A stretch of DNA of 55,205 nt from a virus (taxonomy: Duplodnaviria; Caudoviricetes), in the IMG/VR virus record IMGVR_UViG_3300021437_000025, positions 1 through 55,205 of that record. One strand, written 5' to 3'. Shown piece after piece: positions 36,809 to 45,951 of the stretch; positions within the stretch are counted from its first letter, which is position 1; every line of letters begins with the position of its first letter. The notes under the pieces were generated by a model that saw nothing but the letters and a program-made list of their open reading frames with translations, did no database searches and was not told the origin of the DNA. Both the position numbers and the translations under genes were made by a program.

Positions 36809-36866
36809 GCAGCCACAGCCACAGCCACAATCACAATCACAATCACAATCACAATCACAATCACAA
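36809..36866. repeat. hexamer microsatellite (CACAGC)n(CACAAT)n
   Basis: Read directly from the sequence. Confidence 0.9.
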
Positions 36867-36976
36867 CCTCCCCCGGCTCAGGGACACTGCGGGCCGCGCT
36901 CCCACTGGTTCCACGTCGAGCGTCTGTTGTGCAATAGCCTCGCGAATTCATCCTGCGCATTGTTGCTGCACAAAAT

Positions 36977-37435
36977 TTAATTTAACGGCGCGCCATCATC
37001 GCCGATCACCTGTTGATGCGGGCGCTGGTTTTTCTCGACCCATGCACGGCTGGAATTGCCGTAATGGCTGTTGGGATCGAACATCATCGCCATTTCCATT
37101 CTTGTCATTTTATCGGCCCGTGCCCAGGCAGCTTTCAATAATCCGATGGGGTGAGCGGTGATATATTTTCTCTCGCGCCTGCTGAAATCACTCTCCCGTG
37201 CACCGGGCCCGGCGCGATCGAACCTCATCATGCGCTGCTTAACCAGCTCTATAATCTGCTGAGCCGAGAGCGCAGGTTTGGTTTCGGTGCGCGCGGAGCC
37301 GAACGAGTCCAAATAACTGTATGTTAACTTTCCATGCGTGATCAGGGGTGCCTCGCCGCGATCAGGCATCGGGAAGGCCATGCCACCCATATCCTTACCC
37401 ATTGGATCGGCCTTCTTGACCGCCGGCTGCTTCAT
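36977..37435 (-). CDS. hypothetical protein
   Basis: ORF coupled to the upstream gene by a TAATG overlap. Confidence 0.6.
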   Translation of the reverse strand: MKQPAVKKADPMGKDMGGMAFPMPDRGEAPLITHGKLTYSYLDSFGSARTETKPALSAQQIIELVKQRMMRFDRAGPGARESDFSRRERKYITAHPIGLLKAAWARADKMTRMEMAMMFDPNSHYGNSSRAWVEKNQRPHQQVIGDDGAPLN

Positions 37436-37656
37436 TATTTGTTCTCTTGATGAAACCGCATAGCCTGATTCCAGGTCTCGTATGTCTCGCCGGCAGCACT
37501 CATCGTAGACACCACATTACACCAAGAGGCTGCCGATAGGATCGTCTCGAAGGTGATGTTGTCGCCCTTTGGGAAATTGCCATCCGCAGTCTTGATGACG
37601 CGCACGTCTCCGCCGTCCTGTCGTTCAAAGAACAGACCGTCTTGGCTGTGAAACAT
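37435..37656 (-). CDS. hypothetical phage protein
   Basis: MFH..DG.FFER..GG.VR and W..VV..MSA.GE motifs. Confidence 0.65.
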   Translation of the reverse strand: MFHSQDGLFFERQDGGDVRVIKTADGNFPKGDNITFETILSAASWCNVVSTMSAAGETYETWNQAMRFHQENK

Positions 37657-37661
37657 TGGGA

Positions 37662-37991
37662 TTACCGATAAGTTCGCCCTAAAAATCCAGGCGTATAGCT
37701 GCCACGCATGGCGGATGCGCGCAGCGATGTCAGGAATTCGGTCTGTTGTTTCGCCAGGTCTTTGACCGATTGATTTGTATCATCGAGCTTTTGTTTGAGC
37801 GGTGCCAATGTCAAGTCAAGTACCTCTTTGGTGACGTAGACTTGCTGCGATGCCTCGATCTTCTCAACTTTCTCCTCTGTAGAGGCCACACGCCCCTGAA
37901 CCAGACCCCAGGCCGTGCCTGCGCCGGCGATAGCAATGCTGATCTCACAGATGAGGGTCCACGTCGTCCAGGTCCTGTGGCCATTGCTCAT
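37662..37991 (-). CDS. single-TM coiled-coil membrane protein downstream of the lysis genes
   Basis: N-terminal hydrophobic helix followed by heptad-rich sequence; ATGA overlap with the o-spanin stop. Confidence 0.6.
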   Translation of the reverse strand: MSNGHRTWTTWTLICEISIAIAGAGTAWGLVQGRVASTEEKVEKIEASQQVYVTKEVLDLTLAPLKQKLDDTNQSVKDLAKQQTEFLTSLRASAMRGSYTPGFLGRTYR

Positions 37992-38275
37992 GGTTGTGCC
38001 CACGCGCGCCACGCCTTCTCGCGCTCGAACTTGTCAAGCATCCACGCCCGCAACTGGCCTTCGCCATCCGGCGACAGACAGGCATCGGCGTCCTTGCTGG
38101 ACGTATCCACCCACATCGGCAGGGGATAATTCACCGGCTGCATCAGCCATGCCGCTGGCGTAACAGGGACTTCTACAGGGACTGTGACCTCTACAGGCTC
38201 CTGGATGACGGCCGGCTGGCTCTGGCAGGCCGCCAGCAGAATGGCGGTCAGAATGAGAATGAGGACGTTACGCAT
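37988..38275 (-). CDS. o-spanin (Rz1-like lipoprotein)
   Basis: Lipobox LAAC; Pro-rich VEVPV segment; in the lysis cassette. Confidence 0.75.
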   Translation of the reverse strand: MRNVLILILTAILLAACQSQPAVIQEPVEVTVPVEVPVTPAAWLMQPVNYPLPMWVDTSSKDADACLSPDGEGQLRAWMLDKFEREKAWRAWAQP

Positions 38276-38840
38276 AGCTCAACAGAAGGATGACTGCGGC
38301 TACGACGGCGCCGCGTACCCACTGGCCGTCGACGCTTTGCTTCGAGAGATGCTCAACCCAGGCACCCACTGGCATCGCCACCGTTGCCGCCGGCACTACG
38401 TACCATACAGCTGGCTGCCACCAGGCAATAACCAATAGCGGCAGCGCCCACATCGCGCCGCGGATGAATAATGACAGCCACGGCCACTTGTCGAGCCCGA
38501 GCAGGCGTTGCCAGGCTTCGGGGCCGTCTGATGGGTGGCCATCAGCGCCTTTGTCCCATATTAGAGGATCTTGACCGTGGCTGATCCAGCCCAATGTATA
38601 ACCCCAACCCGGCTTCTCGCCTAACCACCACAGCACGCCGCACAACGGTAGCCACGGCCACCACACGCCGGCGATGGCGCAGAGCAGCGCGCCGTGCCCG
38701 AATTTGCAGAGCCGCTCCCACCACAGCGGCCGCCAATCCTTCAAGCCGCAGACATTGAGTTTATAGCCGCCGCGCACCCAATCCATGGTGGCGGACGCCG
38801 GAATCGCCAACAGCATGAGAAAAATGATTATGAAGTTCAT
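38268..38840 (-). CDS. Trp-rich multi-pass membrane protein
   Basis: Several hydrophobic segments; lies between the spanin genes. Confidence 0.65.
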   Translation of the reverse strand: MNFIIIFLMLLAIPASATMDWVRGGYKLNVCGLKDWRPLWWERLCKFGHGALLCAIAGVWWPWLPLCGVLWWLGEKPGWGYTLGWISHGQDPLIWDKGADGHPSDGPEAWQRLLGLDKWPWLSLFIRGAMWALPLLVIAWWQPAVWYVVPAATVAMPVGAWVEHLSKQSVDGQWVRGAVVAAVILLLSYA

Positions 38841-38849
38841 CGCAATCGT

Positions 38850-39305
38850 TCAGTTCGTGCTTGTGAGATTCTCGCTTTGGAAAAGGTTCATTTCGATGGC
38901 GCCGTGGCCGTATTGCTTCAACGCGGCCGCAGTATAATGCTGATGTTCGGTTTCGGCTGCGTTCTTGGCGACGGTTGCCAGGTGTTTGGCCTGCGCAGCC
39001 ATCTGTGCAATGCGTGCGTTTTGACTCTTGATAGTTGCGGCAAACATATCATTCGCCGCCTTGGCGATAACCATGTCGGCGCGAGCAGCCGCGGCCTGCT
39101 GTTTGAAGACATCAACCTCTATACGGGCGGACTCAATCTCGGCATAGAGCGTGCCGACGTATACCGAGGCGGCGATAACGGCCGCGCCGACGATGCCAGT
39201 CCGCACCGAGGCCGTGAAATAAGCCAGCGCCATGACACCGGCACCCACTAGCAGGCCGAGCCACGAGTGACCAAGGAATCCGGCGAGGCCGTGCAGTATG
39301 CTCAT
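38850..39305 (-). CDS. i-spanin (Rz-like)
   Basis: N-terminal TM segments and an Ala/Gln-rich coiled coil; follows the endolysin. Confidence 0.65.
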   Translation of the reverse strand: MSILHGLAGFLGHSWLGLLVGAGVMALAYFTASVRTGIVGAAVIAASVYVGTLYAEIESARIEVDVFKQQAAAARADMVIAKAANDMFAATIKSQNARIAQMAAQAKHLATVAKNAAETEHQHYTAAALKQYGHGAIEMNLFQSENLTSTN

Positions 39306-39682
39306 TTACCGGCCTCAACAGGCGTACCAAATTGCCGCTCAAACTGCGCCTTCATAGATGCAAGGCACGTTTGCCTGAACTTGCGTGCGAACTGCGCGGG
39401 ATTTTTAAGATCCGCCGCCGGCTGTGCATAAACAAGATCACCGATCTGAAGTATCCAATTTCGCGTTTGATCATCGGTGCTGAATTGCTTGTTGATGGTG
39501 GCAATAAATTTTTCATGAGAATCATGCCTCTCATTGATGGCCTCGCTGGCAATCGCGCCGGCAACGGCCGCCGATTGCACACACTCACTGACGGCGGCGG
39601 CCTTGACATTTTGCGGCACATCTACGCCGGCGGCCAAAATCTGTGAAATAATCATGCAAATGCTGAAAACAATTGCTTTCAT
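39302..39682 (-). CDS. putative exported protein
   Basis: Signal-peptide-like N-terminus; two Cys in the mature part; ATGA-coupled on both sides. Confidence 0.6.
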   Translation of the reverse strand: MKAIVFSICMIISQILAAGVDVPQNVKAAAVSECVQSAAVAGAIASEAINERHDSHEKFIATINKQFSTDDQTRNWILQIGDLVYAQPAADLKNPAQFARKFRQTCLASMKAQFERQFGTPVEAGK

Positions 39683-40335
39683 GGTCTGCACTCCACTTGT
39701 GGTCCCCATGCAGCATAGGCCGGCTGGATGTCGACGAGGATTCTGCGCGGATAGCCGGTGTTCTCAGCGCAAAACCGTTGGTCGCGCAGACCCATGCCGC
39801 ACTGTGCGTCGACGACGACGCGGCTCAATGGGTCTGTGGCGAGACGGCGTTCGCTGTTGAGATTAACGAGGCCGCCGTTGTACGCCCGCAGCGTAAACCA
39901 GTAACGATCACATTCGCCGTGGCCGCGGACGGCGCCGTATAAATCACGGTCGTATTCCACTAATGCCCGCATAGCCCACGCAGGCGTCAGCACATCGCAG
40001 CCCGGCGGCAGGTCCTGGTGTCTGCCGCACATCCATGCGGCGGTGGCCGGCATAAACTGCGCCAGCCCGCGGGCGCCTACAGGTGATCTGGCATCAGCGT
40101 GCCAGCCGCTCTCCTGGTGGATCTGCGCGGCGAATACCGCAGCCGGCGCATTGATGCCGAATTGTGCGCGGACTTCGCGGATGAGCTGCCGTTGATATGA
40201 GAGTGCCTGTGCCGGCACTTCGGCGCCGGCCGCGCGCGGCGAACATTGCGCCGTCAATATGACGACGAATAACAACACCGCCAGCACAACAACCTCGTTT
40301 GAGGTCAGGCGAAAAATTTTTAATTTGTCTGGCAT
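39679..40335 (-). CDS. endolysin, SLT-family lytic transglycosylase with N-terminal hydrophobic anchor
   Basis: QIHQESGW, SPVGARGLAQFMPATA, AYNGG and EN.GYPRRI motifs. Confidence 0.93.
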   Translation of the reverse strand: MPDKLKIFRLTSNEVVVLAVLLFVVILTAQCSPRAAGAEVPAQALSYQRQLIREVRAQFGINAPAAVFAAQIHQESGWHADARSPVGARGLAQFMPATAAWMCGRHQDLPPGCDVLTPAWAMRALVEYDRDLYGAVRGHGECDRYWFTLRAYNGGLVNLNSERRLATDPLSRVVVDAQCGMGLRDQRFCAENTGYPRRILVDIQPAYAAWGPQVECRP

Positions 40336-40339
40336 CACG

Positions 40340-40516
40340 TCACGTCTTCGACTGGCCGCCATTGCGCACTACGTAGGCGCCGATGAGTCCCATCATCGAG
40401 GGAATGCCGATCGTGATAATGGGCACTGCGGATTCACGGATCAGCAATAATGCTGCGAATTGCAACAGCACGACGGCGATGCCGAACACCAAAATAAGTG
40501 CGCGCGACGTTCTCAC
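40340..40516 (-). CDS. 58-aa two-TM protein (holin/antiholin-like), not in the ORF track
   Basis: GTG start overlaps the holin stop; MRTSRALILVFGIAVVLLQFAALLLIRESAVPIITIGIPSMMGLIGAYVVRNGGQSKT. Confidence 0.6.
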   Translation of the reverse strand: MRTSRALILVFGIAVVLLQFAALLLIRESAVPIITIGIPSMMGLIGAYVVRNGGQSKT

Positions 40517-40800
40517 AACGCCAGCGCCATCGCCACAACGAAGGCGCCGATAACGATGGCGCGTCGCAACATGCAGAAAGCTCCGATGAGGTGGTGGCCT
40601 TCAACCAGCCATTTATGCGGCCGTGCGTATGGAAAAGCCAAGAAATCGCCCCAATACGCCGCCCAAGCGGATGTTAACAACAGCGCCAACTTATAAGCGA
40701 CGATGCCAAGTTGATCTGGTTTCAGCAGCCAGACCACATACAGCAAGGCCAACGTAATCAGCAGCAGCAGGTGCATCCGATGCCAGAGTTTTTTCATCAC
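40513..40800 (-). CDS. holin (2/3-TM family)
   Basis: P.QL..V.YKL.L, Y..D...FPYARP and RRAIV motifs. Confidence 0.85.
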   Translation of the reverse strand: MMKKLWHRMHLLLLITLALLYVVWLLKPDQLGIVAYKLALLLTSAWAAYWGDFLAFPYARPHKWLVEGHHLIGAFCMLRRAIVIGAFVVAMALAL

Positions 40801-40994
40801 GGCCGCCCACCCTTCACCCGCTTGAGGTTGGGATTGGCCTTCTTCGCCGCCGGTGATGCACGCCGCGTACTCGCAGCCAATTCTGCGGCAGCAGTCTTCG
40901 CAGACACTCCCTGACTGGCGGCGATTTTTTGTGCCACGGCCTTGAAGCCTGGGTGTGCGGTGCCATGCCGCGGTTGATAGAGCGGTTTACCCAT
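40797..40994 (-). CDS. small basic protein, first late gene
   Basis: HPGFKAV..KIA..QGVS...A.A.LA..TR.AS..AK..NPNL.RV; GGAGG RBS. Confidence 0.65.
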   Translation of the reverse strand: MGKPLYQPRHGTAHPGFKAVAQKIAASQGVSAKTAAAELAASTRRASPAAKKANPNLKRVKGGRP

Positions 40995-41006
40995 GAGACC
41001 TCCCGG

Positions 41007-41040
41007 GGAAAATAAAAACGCCCGCGCGGTGCGGGCGTTC
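41007..41040 (-). terminator. tR'-like terminator before the lysis genes
   Basis: Minus strand AACGCCCGC-ACCGC-GCGGGCGTT followed by a U-rich tract. Confidence 0.8.
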
Positions 41041-41064
41041 TTTGACACTTCTTGCAGTATGCAG

Positions 41065-41094
41065 AAAGTAGTACTTTTTTGTGCGCACTGTCAA
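41065..41094 (-). promoter_or_regulatory. pR'-like late promoter
   Basis: TTGACA, 18-bp spacer, TACTTT, directly after the Q-like gene and before the terminator. Confidence 0.6.
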
Positions 41095-41102
41095 GCACAA
41101 TA

Positions 41103-41504
41103 TCAATCGGTGCCGCAGGCCTTGAAATATGCGAGCACCGCTAATTCGCCGCGTTGCCGCATCGTGAATAACGTCCGGCGGCTTATGCCGTTTTCGGCGC
41201 AGGCACGCTTCGGCCCAAGTGCGTAGAAATCGCGCATGGCCATTATCGACGGGCCAAGGCATTCATCATCGAGGAGCGCGTGCACTGTCTCAACCAATGC
41301 CGCCAATCCTGATGGAGGTTCTACGCCGGGTGGCGGCATCGAGCGTGGCATTCCGCCAAAAGCAGCATGAGCTGCGCGCCATGTCGTCGTGCTGTCTGTA
41401 TAACCGTTGCTGGAATTAAGCCATTTGCCCCATAGATGTAGCATTGTGCGCAGCCAGCCAGGCGTTGGGCCGATTGCTGGTGACCGTCGCCGCTTTTGCT
41501 TCAT
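41103..41504 (-). CDS. Q-like late antiterminator / regulator
   Basis: L..WG.W near the N-terminus; C-terminal HTH (A...GISRRT); position upstream of pR'/tR'-like signals. Confidence 0.65.
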   Translation of the reverse strand: MKQKRRRSPAIGPTPGWLRTMLHLWGKWLNSSNGYTDSTTTWRAAHAAFGGMPRSMPPPGVEPPSGLAALVETVHALLDDECLGPSIMAMRDFYALGPKRACAENGISRRTLFTMRQRGELAVLAYFKACGTD

Positions 41505-42265
41505 GCGGCGCCGCGGTAGGCTGGTGGCAGATGATCAGCGATTCCACGTGCTGCCGCCCACTGATAGAGCAGCCGTGGTTCTATGTCTCTCCAGTGTTTG
41601 GATCCGAGGTCCAGCTTCAATGTCTGCCAGGCCCATTGCTCGACGTGCGTGATAAACTGCCGGTCGAACCACTCCTTGCCGCCGAGCACTGACTCACCGT
41701 GATTATGCTGCAATTTATGATGATAATCACAGAGAGGAATCGCAGAGTACAGAGGTTTTATGCCAATCCCGGCGCCGGCGGAAATACGCCGCACATGCGC
41801 GGCGACGACATCGCCATCGCAATGAAATTTTTCATCAGCGGGTCGGTGCGCAGATATTTCGCTGCCATCAATGGTGCGCATAATGAAGGGTGCGGCGGTG
41901 GGAATATTTAATGCACGTGCGGCGCATGGCTGAGATTCCAGCCAATCAAGATATTCATCATCACTCCCGATCTCGCGCCACACCACCGGCATCCGGAAAA
42001 ACCCGCTGGCCCGCAGTTGATATGCCTCGTGGCCGTACTGGCCTGCTGGTTCAGCCTTATCGGATCCGTCCGCCAGCGCGGCGATGTCGCCGCTGGCAAT
42101 GGTGATGTGGAAAATGTGGCCGGTTTTTTTCTCTCGGACGGTATCCATGCCACGGAAAATATCAAGCAGCCCTGATTCACGCAGGCGGAATTTAATCCAT
42201 GGTCCGCCAACGCGGCTCTCGCCCCAATCCATCAGCTGCACCTCGTCGTGCAGGATTATCTCCAC
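41501..42265 (-). CDS. DUF968-like His-Cys putative nuclease
   Basis: YL.WL..QPC, AAHVRR...GAG.GIKP and AIPLC..HH..QH motifs; GGAGG RBS before GTG. Confidence 0.7.
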   Translation of the reverse strand: MEIILHDEVQLMDWGESRVGGPWIKFRLRESGLLDIFRGMDTVREKKTGHIFHITIASGDIAALADGSDKAEPAGQYGHEAYQLRASGFFRMPVVWREIGSDDEYLDWLESQPCAARALNIPTAAPFIMRTIDGSEISAHRPADEKFHCDGDVVAAHVRRISAGAGIGIKPLYSAIPLCDYHHKLQHNHGESVLGGKEWFDRQFITHVEQWAWQTLKLDLGSKHWRDIEPRLLYQWAAARGIADHLPPAYRGAA

Positions 42266-42341
42266 GTTCCTCCCGCCATAATTTTTAATAACAATAGCGA
42301 GCGGTGGCCGCCACGGTTCTGGAGGCGGTGGACCGCGCGCG

Positions 42342-42590
42342 TCATCCCTGTCGCCTGCTTTGCCGCGCGAAAAACTCAGCATGATAGCGCTGTTCTATTC
42401 GTTGACGCGCTGCGGCGGCGATTCGTGCGCGTTCTTCACCGCTCTTGATCTGCCCTGCCATCTGCCGAATCGCGTCCAGACACAGCGCCTGTGTGCTGTT
42501 GAACTTAATTGCCATACGCGCGGCCAGTTCACCGGATTGCTCAGGGTTATCGAGTGCGAGTTGCGCAGCGCCACGTATTGTGAGCGTCAT
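42342..42590 (-). CDS. hypothetical protein
   Basis: ATGA-coupled ORF in the replication operon. Confidence 0.55.
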   Translation of the reverse strand: MTLTIRGAAQLALDNPEQSGELAARMAIKFNSTQALCLDAIRQMAGQIKSGEERARIAAAARQRIEQRYHAEFFARQSRRQG

Positions 42591-43075
42591 GCGGCAGGTT
42601 CCTGCTTGCGCTCATTGAGCGGCGCGTAGGTTTTCTCGGCCGCGGCCAGTAATTCGCGCTCACACTCTGGCGTGAGTTCGGACCGTGGCTCTGAAACCCG
42701 GCCACGCTTGCGCTTGTCATAGGGCGGCTGCATCTGGATTGCCAACCCCTCACGTAGGCGTTGGATGTGTCGCTGCGCCACCTCTAGATTTTTTGGCGCC
42801 GGCAATGCCGCGATGATGCCAAATCCAGCCCTGGGTGCTGTCTGGTGGAGGCGCTGGATTACATCTGCCGGCGTCGGCCAGCGGCTCTGAGTGCGGCCGA
42901 GAAAATCAAACGCAGCCGCCACACGCGCAGCATGTTCATCGCCGTAACGCGCGTCTGCAAGATCACCGGCCATGACGGCGGCGATGATGGGCAATTCCTC
43001 AGCCGTGGGCGAGTTTTCGAGCTTCCTCGCCAACATTTTCAGCAGTGAGTTCTCGACGATCTCCAGCAGCGCCAT
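42587..43075 (-). CDS. replication accessory protein (P / helicase-loader position)
   Basis: RWPTPADV motif; directly follows the initiator gene. Confidence 0.55.
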   Translation of the reverse strand: MALLEIVENSLLKMLARKLENSPTAEELPIIAAVMAGDLADARYGDEHAARVAAAFDFLGRTQSRWPTPADVIQRLHQTAPRAGFGIIAALPAPKNLEVAQRHIQRLREGLAIQMQPPYDKRKRGRVSEPRSELTPECERELLAAAEKTYAPLNERKQEPAA

Positions 43076-44033
43076 GCCTGACCTCCCGTGCCTGTTGCAG
43101 CGCCTCCGCGGCGCGATGGATTGCCCCCCTGCGGATTGGTTGGCTTGCGCCATTCCCGCCTCCCGCTCTCGGCGTTACGTCGTCTTCCCACCGGCTTTTC
43201 CGCAGGTAAGTGCTGGCGTGGGGGATATAGCCATCCAGCCACTGACCATGCTCAGCCACGCGCCGTTTCACATCAGCGATGATGTTATCGGCCATCGCGT
43301 CCAGCTTGCGTCGCTTCCAAACGTCAGCCGCGTCTTTCCGGTTTTCGTGTCTTGGATACTCAGCCCAAAACTCATCGAACCTCGACGCGGGGGTCGCTTG
43401 CGACACTTCTTTTTCTGCCTCTTCTTTATATGCCTCTTCTTTATATGCCTCTGGGCTACGCTGATTCTCGTAATTAGTCTGAGCATGCGTAGCGTTTTGC
43501 TCCGCAGTTGTAGAAGTTGAAGATCTTTTCTTCCTGCTACAACTGCGGCAGAGTAGCTGAAGATTGTAAGTGCTTGATTCCCCTCCTTTTGAAACTGGTA
43601 TTACGTGGTCATACTCTAGCTTCTCTGTGGATTTACAGGCGCGACATTTTCCACAATCACGCTCCCACACTGCGCGCTTAACCACATCAGATATGTGGCG
43701 AGAACCATATCCTGAAAGCTCTGCTGCTGTTGGTTTTGGCTGCGCAGGCGCAGCTACTTCAACACGAGATAAAAACCCAGAGTTGACCAGCATTTCTATG
43801 TCTACTGTAATATTTGCTCCTATTTTATCTGCGAGAAATTCTGCATCTTCCGGGACTACGCCATTATTCCTTGCCGCATACAGCCAGATCAGCATCAGGT
43901 GACATTTACAAGAATCAGGCAACTTCGAAAATTCATAATCATCGAGGAGCGCTCGATGTAATTTGATCCATGGTGGATCGCGATCTTTATAATGCTGAAA
44001 ATTCGACCAGTTTTTCACGGATATATGGTTCAC
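42999..44033 (-). CDS. replication initiator (O-like) with an embedded HNH domain
   Basis: KNW..FQHYKDR.PPWIKLH N-domain; CxxC..DH.IP.SKGG....NL..LCxxC; C-domain FDEFW..YP...IPHASTYL...RWED. Confidence 0.8.
   Translation of the reverse strand: MNHISVKNWSNFQHYKDRDPPWIKLHRALLDDYEFSKLPDSCKCHLMLIWLYAARNNGVVPEDAEFLADKIGANITVDIEMLVNSGFLSRVEVAAPAQPKPTAAELSGYGSRHISDVVKRAVWERDCGKCRACKSTEKLEYDHVIPVSKGGESSTYNLQLLCRSCSRKKRSSTSTTAEQNATHAQTNYENQRSPEAYKEEAYKEEAEKEVSQATPASRFDEFWAEYPRHENRKDAADVWKRRKLDAMADNIIADVKRRVAEHGQWLDGYIPHASTYLRKSRWEDDVTPRAGGGNGASQPIRRGAIHRAAEALQQAREVRHGAAGDRRELTAENVGEEARKLAHG
43406..43452. repeat. 3 x 15-bp repeat (CTTCTTTATATGCCT), putative origin iterons
   Basis: Two exact copies and one degenerate copy in the initiator linker, the lambdoid origin position. 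Confidence 0.65.
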
Positions 44034-44218
44034 GCTAGCACTGTCTCCAGTAATTCGCCATGGATGGACGCGCACGACAGCCAGATGGTCTCGATCTTGA
44101 TGGCGTCCTTATTTTCCAGCACGACACCACGCAGCAGGTCGATGATTCTAAGCAGCGCATCCGGTTCGCCGTCGAGTTTGACGTATGACATCTCAGCACT
44201 TGTCGCCGTACTTCTCAA
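44030..44218 (-). CDS. hypothetical protein
   Basis: Short coupled ORF. Confidence 0.5.
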   Translation of the reverse strand: MRSTATSAEMSYVKLDGEPDALLRIIDLLRGVVLENKDAIKIETIWLSCASIHGELLETVLA

Positions 44219-44738
44219 TCAATTCGTCGCGGTAGACGAAGGCGCGGCCGCAGTCTATGTAACTGTTGCATACGAACAGTGACGTTCCGGCGCGGTTGCC
44301 ATGGGCCAGCGTGACCCCATCAGGTCGCAGAAAACTGACGCGACCAATAATGACGATTTCAAGGGCGCATTCGTAGAGCGGTTGATATAGCTTCTCGCCG
44401 TTGGGCGACGGCAGCACCAATACGCCAGGAGCATTGCAGGTTTTGCCGGCGGCAAAACGGTGCCAGACCCTAATAGATGATCGTGGAGAGCAAATATTCA
44501 AGGCGTGATCGATCCACGGCCCCTTATCGCTGTATGGCGGGTTGCAGATCCATGGTTGTGACCACATTGCACCCAAAGCATCAGGATGGTCTTTTGAGAA
44601 CACTGGCTCGGCGACGGCATTAACAGGTGTACACGCCGTATCAATTTTGAAGTTGATGACCTCGCTGCGGATAAATTTAAGCAGCCACTGTGGCGTCCGC
44701 CACTCGTCGCGTTCTTTGAGTGGAGTGTTCGAAGTCAT
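44193..44738 (-). CDS. phage DNA N6-adenine methyltransferase (phage Dam family)
   Basis: DEW.TP, ID.AC, CNPPYS and GRV.F motifs. Confidence 0.88.
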   Translation of the reverse strand: MTSNTPLKERDEWRTPQWLLKFIRSEVINFKIDTACTPVNAVAEPVFSKDHPDALGAMWSQPWICNPPYSDKGPWIDHALNICSPRSSIRVWHRFAAGKTCNAPGVLVLPSPNGEKLYQPLYECALEIVIIGRVSFLRPDGVTLAHGNRAGTSLFVCNSYIDCGRAFVYRDELIEKYGDKC

Positions 44739-45220
44739 GCTGCGTATATGTTTTTCGGAAGGTCGTAACACTGCCGTTTGCCATTCGTGCACTGCCTGCG
44801 TTCATATTTTGGCAGCAAGATGCCAGAGGAGACCATTTGAAAAATGTTGTTCTTGATTCTGCGCTTTTCAAAATTGGTATGAGCCGTGATCTCATCAACG
44901 GTGTGTTTGCCGGCCGCCATGGCGGCGACGATGGCCTTGCGGATTCCGAAGCCGCGGTTGCGTTGACGACATGGCGTCTGCCTGCTGCCGAGCACGGGCC
45001 TTGGCAGTTGTGTGCTAGCCGCTGGCGATATATTGTTTCCGTGATGTGCTCTCAGAACTTCGCCGCTCTTGCCGATGAGCTTGACTGGCGCACCTTTGAA
45101 CACGCACCGCCATTGTTTGCTGAGAGCGGCGTACTTAGAAAAAATTTTCTCGGCCAACGCCGTTTCATCACCCTCGAAGACGATGCTATTTTTGTCCACG
45201 ATGACCTTGAATTTGCTCAT
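44735..45220 (-). CDS. hypothetical protein with probable C-terminal winged helix
   Basis: AIVAAM..G..TVDEI segment; coupled ORF. Confidence 0.55.
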   Translation of the reverse strand: MSKFKVIVDKNSIVFEGDETALAEKIFSKYAALSKQWRCVFKGAPVKLIGKSGEVLRAHHGNNISPAASTQLPRPVLGSRQTPCRQRNRGFGIRKAIVAAMAAGKHTVDEITAHTNFEKRRIKNNIFQMVSSGILLPKYERRQCTNGKRQCYDLPKNIYAA

Positions 45221-45606
45221 GCCAGCAACCTTTCAGCCTCATCAACGTTACTAACGCACCCGGCAACGCCGTTCCAATTGATGACCAGAGCAATGAAATT
45301 GCGCTGCGCTGGCGTCAGGTGGCCGCCGGGACGCTTGCACTCCACGGCCAGAAACCTGCCGTCCTTCAACTGGCCGATGATGTCAGAGCAACCGATGAAG
45401 CCGTATTTGATATAGCGCCGCCTGCCGTTATAGATTCTGTTGGCGTCAATGGTCTGCGCGCCGGAATTTATTCGCTCCACCCAGGCGACCTTGGGATGCA
45501 GTCGCAGGAACTTCTTGACGGCGGCCAGCACATCGCGTTCCAGAATGCTGCTGGCCAGCTGGCTGGCAGCATGCCGCTTCATTTTGATGATCGACGGCTT
45601 CTCCAT
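45217..45606 (-). CDS. VRR-NUC domain nuclease
   Basis: G.SDIIG...GRFLAVECKRPGG.LT..Q..F motif. Confidence 0.9.
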   Translation of the reverse strand: MEKPSIIKMKRHAASQLASSILERDVLAAVKKFLRLHPKVAWVERINSGAQTIDANRIYNGRRRYIKYGFIGCSDIIGQLKDGRFLAVECKRPGGHLTPAQRNFIALVINWNGVAGCVSNVDEAERLLA

Positions 45607-45803
45607 CGTTTTCTAACCTCTCGTTCAACGGTCTCGGCGAAGTTGTTGCCGCAAATCTGTCTCCACAACTCCAAGCACTGCAGGCTGTACTCGCGCTGAA
45701 CGTCGGTCGGCGCCAGCAGCGGCCGCAGCAGATAATCTACGGCTTCATCGACTGTCGGCGGCCGCGTTCGCCATGCCGCCTTCACCAAAACAATTCCAAC
45801 CAC
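45579..45803 (-). CDS. hypothetical protein
   Basis: Short ORF in the operon. Confidence 0.45.
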   Translation of the reverse strand: MVGIVLVKAAWRTRPPTVDEAVDYLLRPLLAPTDVQREYSLQCLELWRQICGNNFAETVEREVRKRWRSRRSSK

Positions 45804-45951
45804 AGCAAGCCCAAGGCGGCGCCGAACAAAAAGACGGCGCCCACTATTTCACTGATGGTTCGCGGCCAGTCAGAAACAGAAAACGCTTGCGAATGCTTGC
45901 TTGCGCGGCATCTGGCTCGCGCCGCCTTTATATCGATGACCATGGCGTTCA

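Noticed and set aside
36778-37161. His/Asn-repeat protein as a metal-binding protein
   Set aside because: It is a translation of the microsatellite, has a TTG start without an RBS, and overlaps a better gene on the opposite strand.
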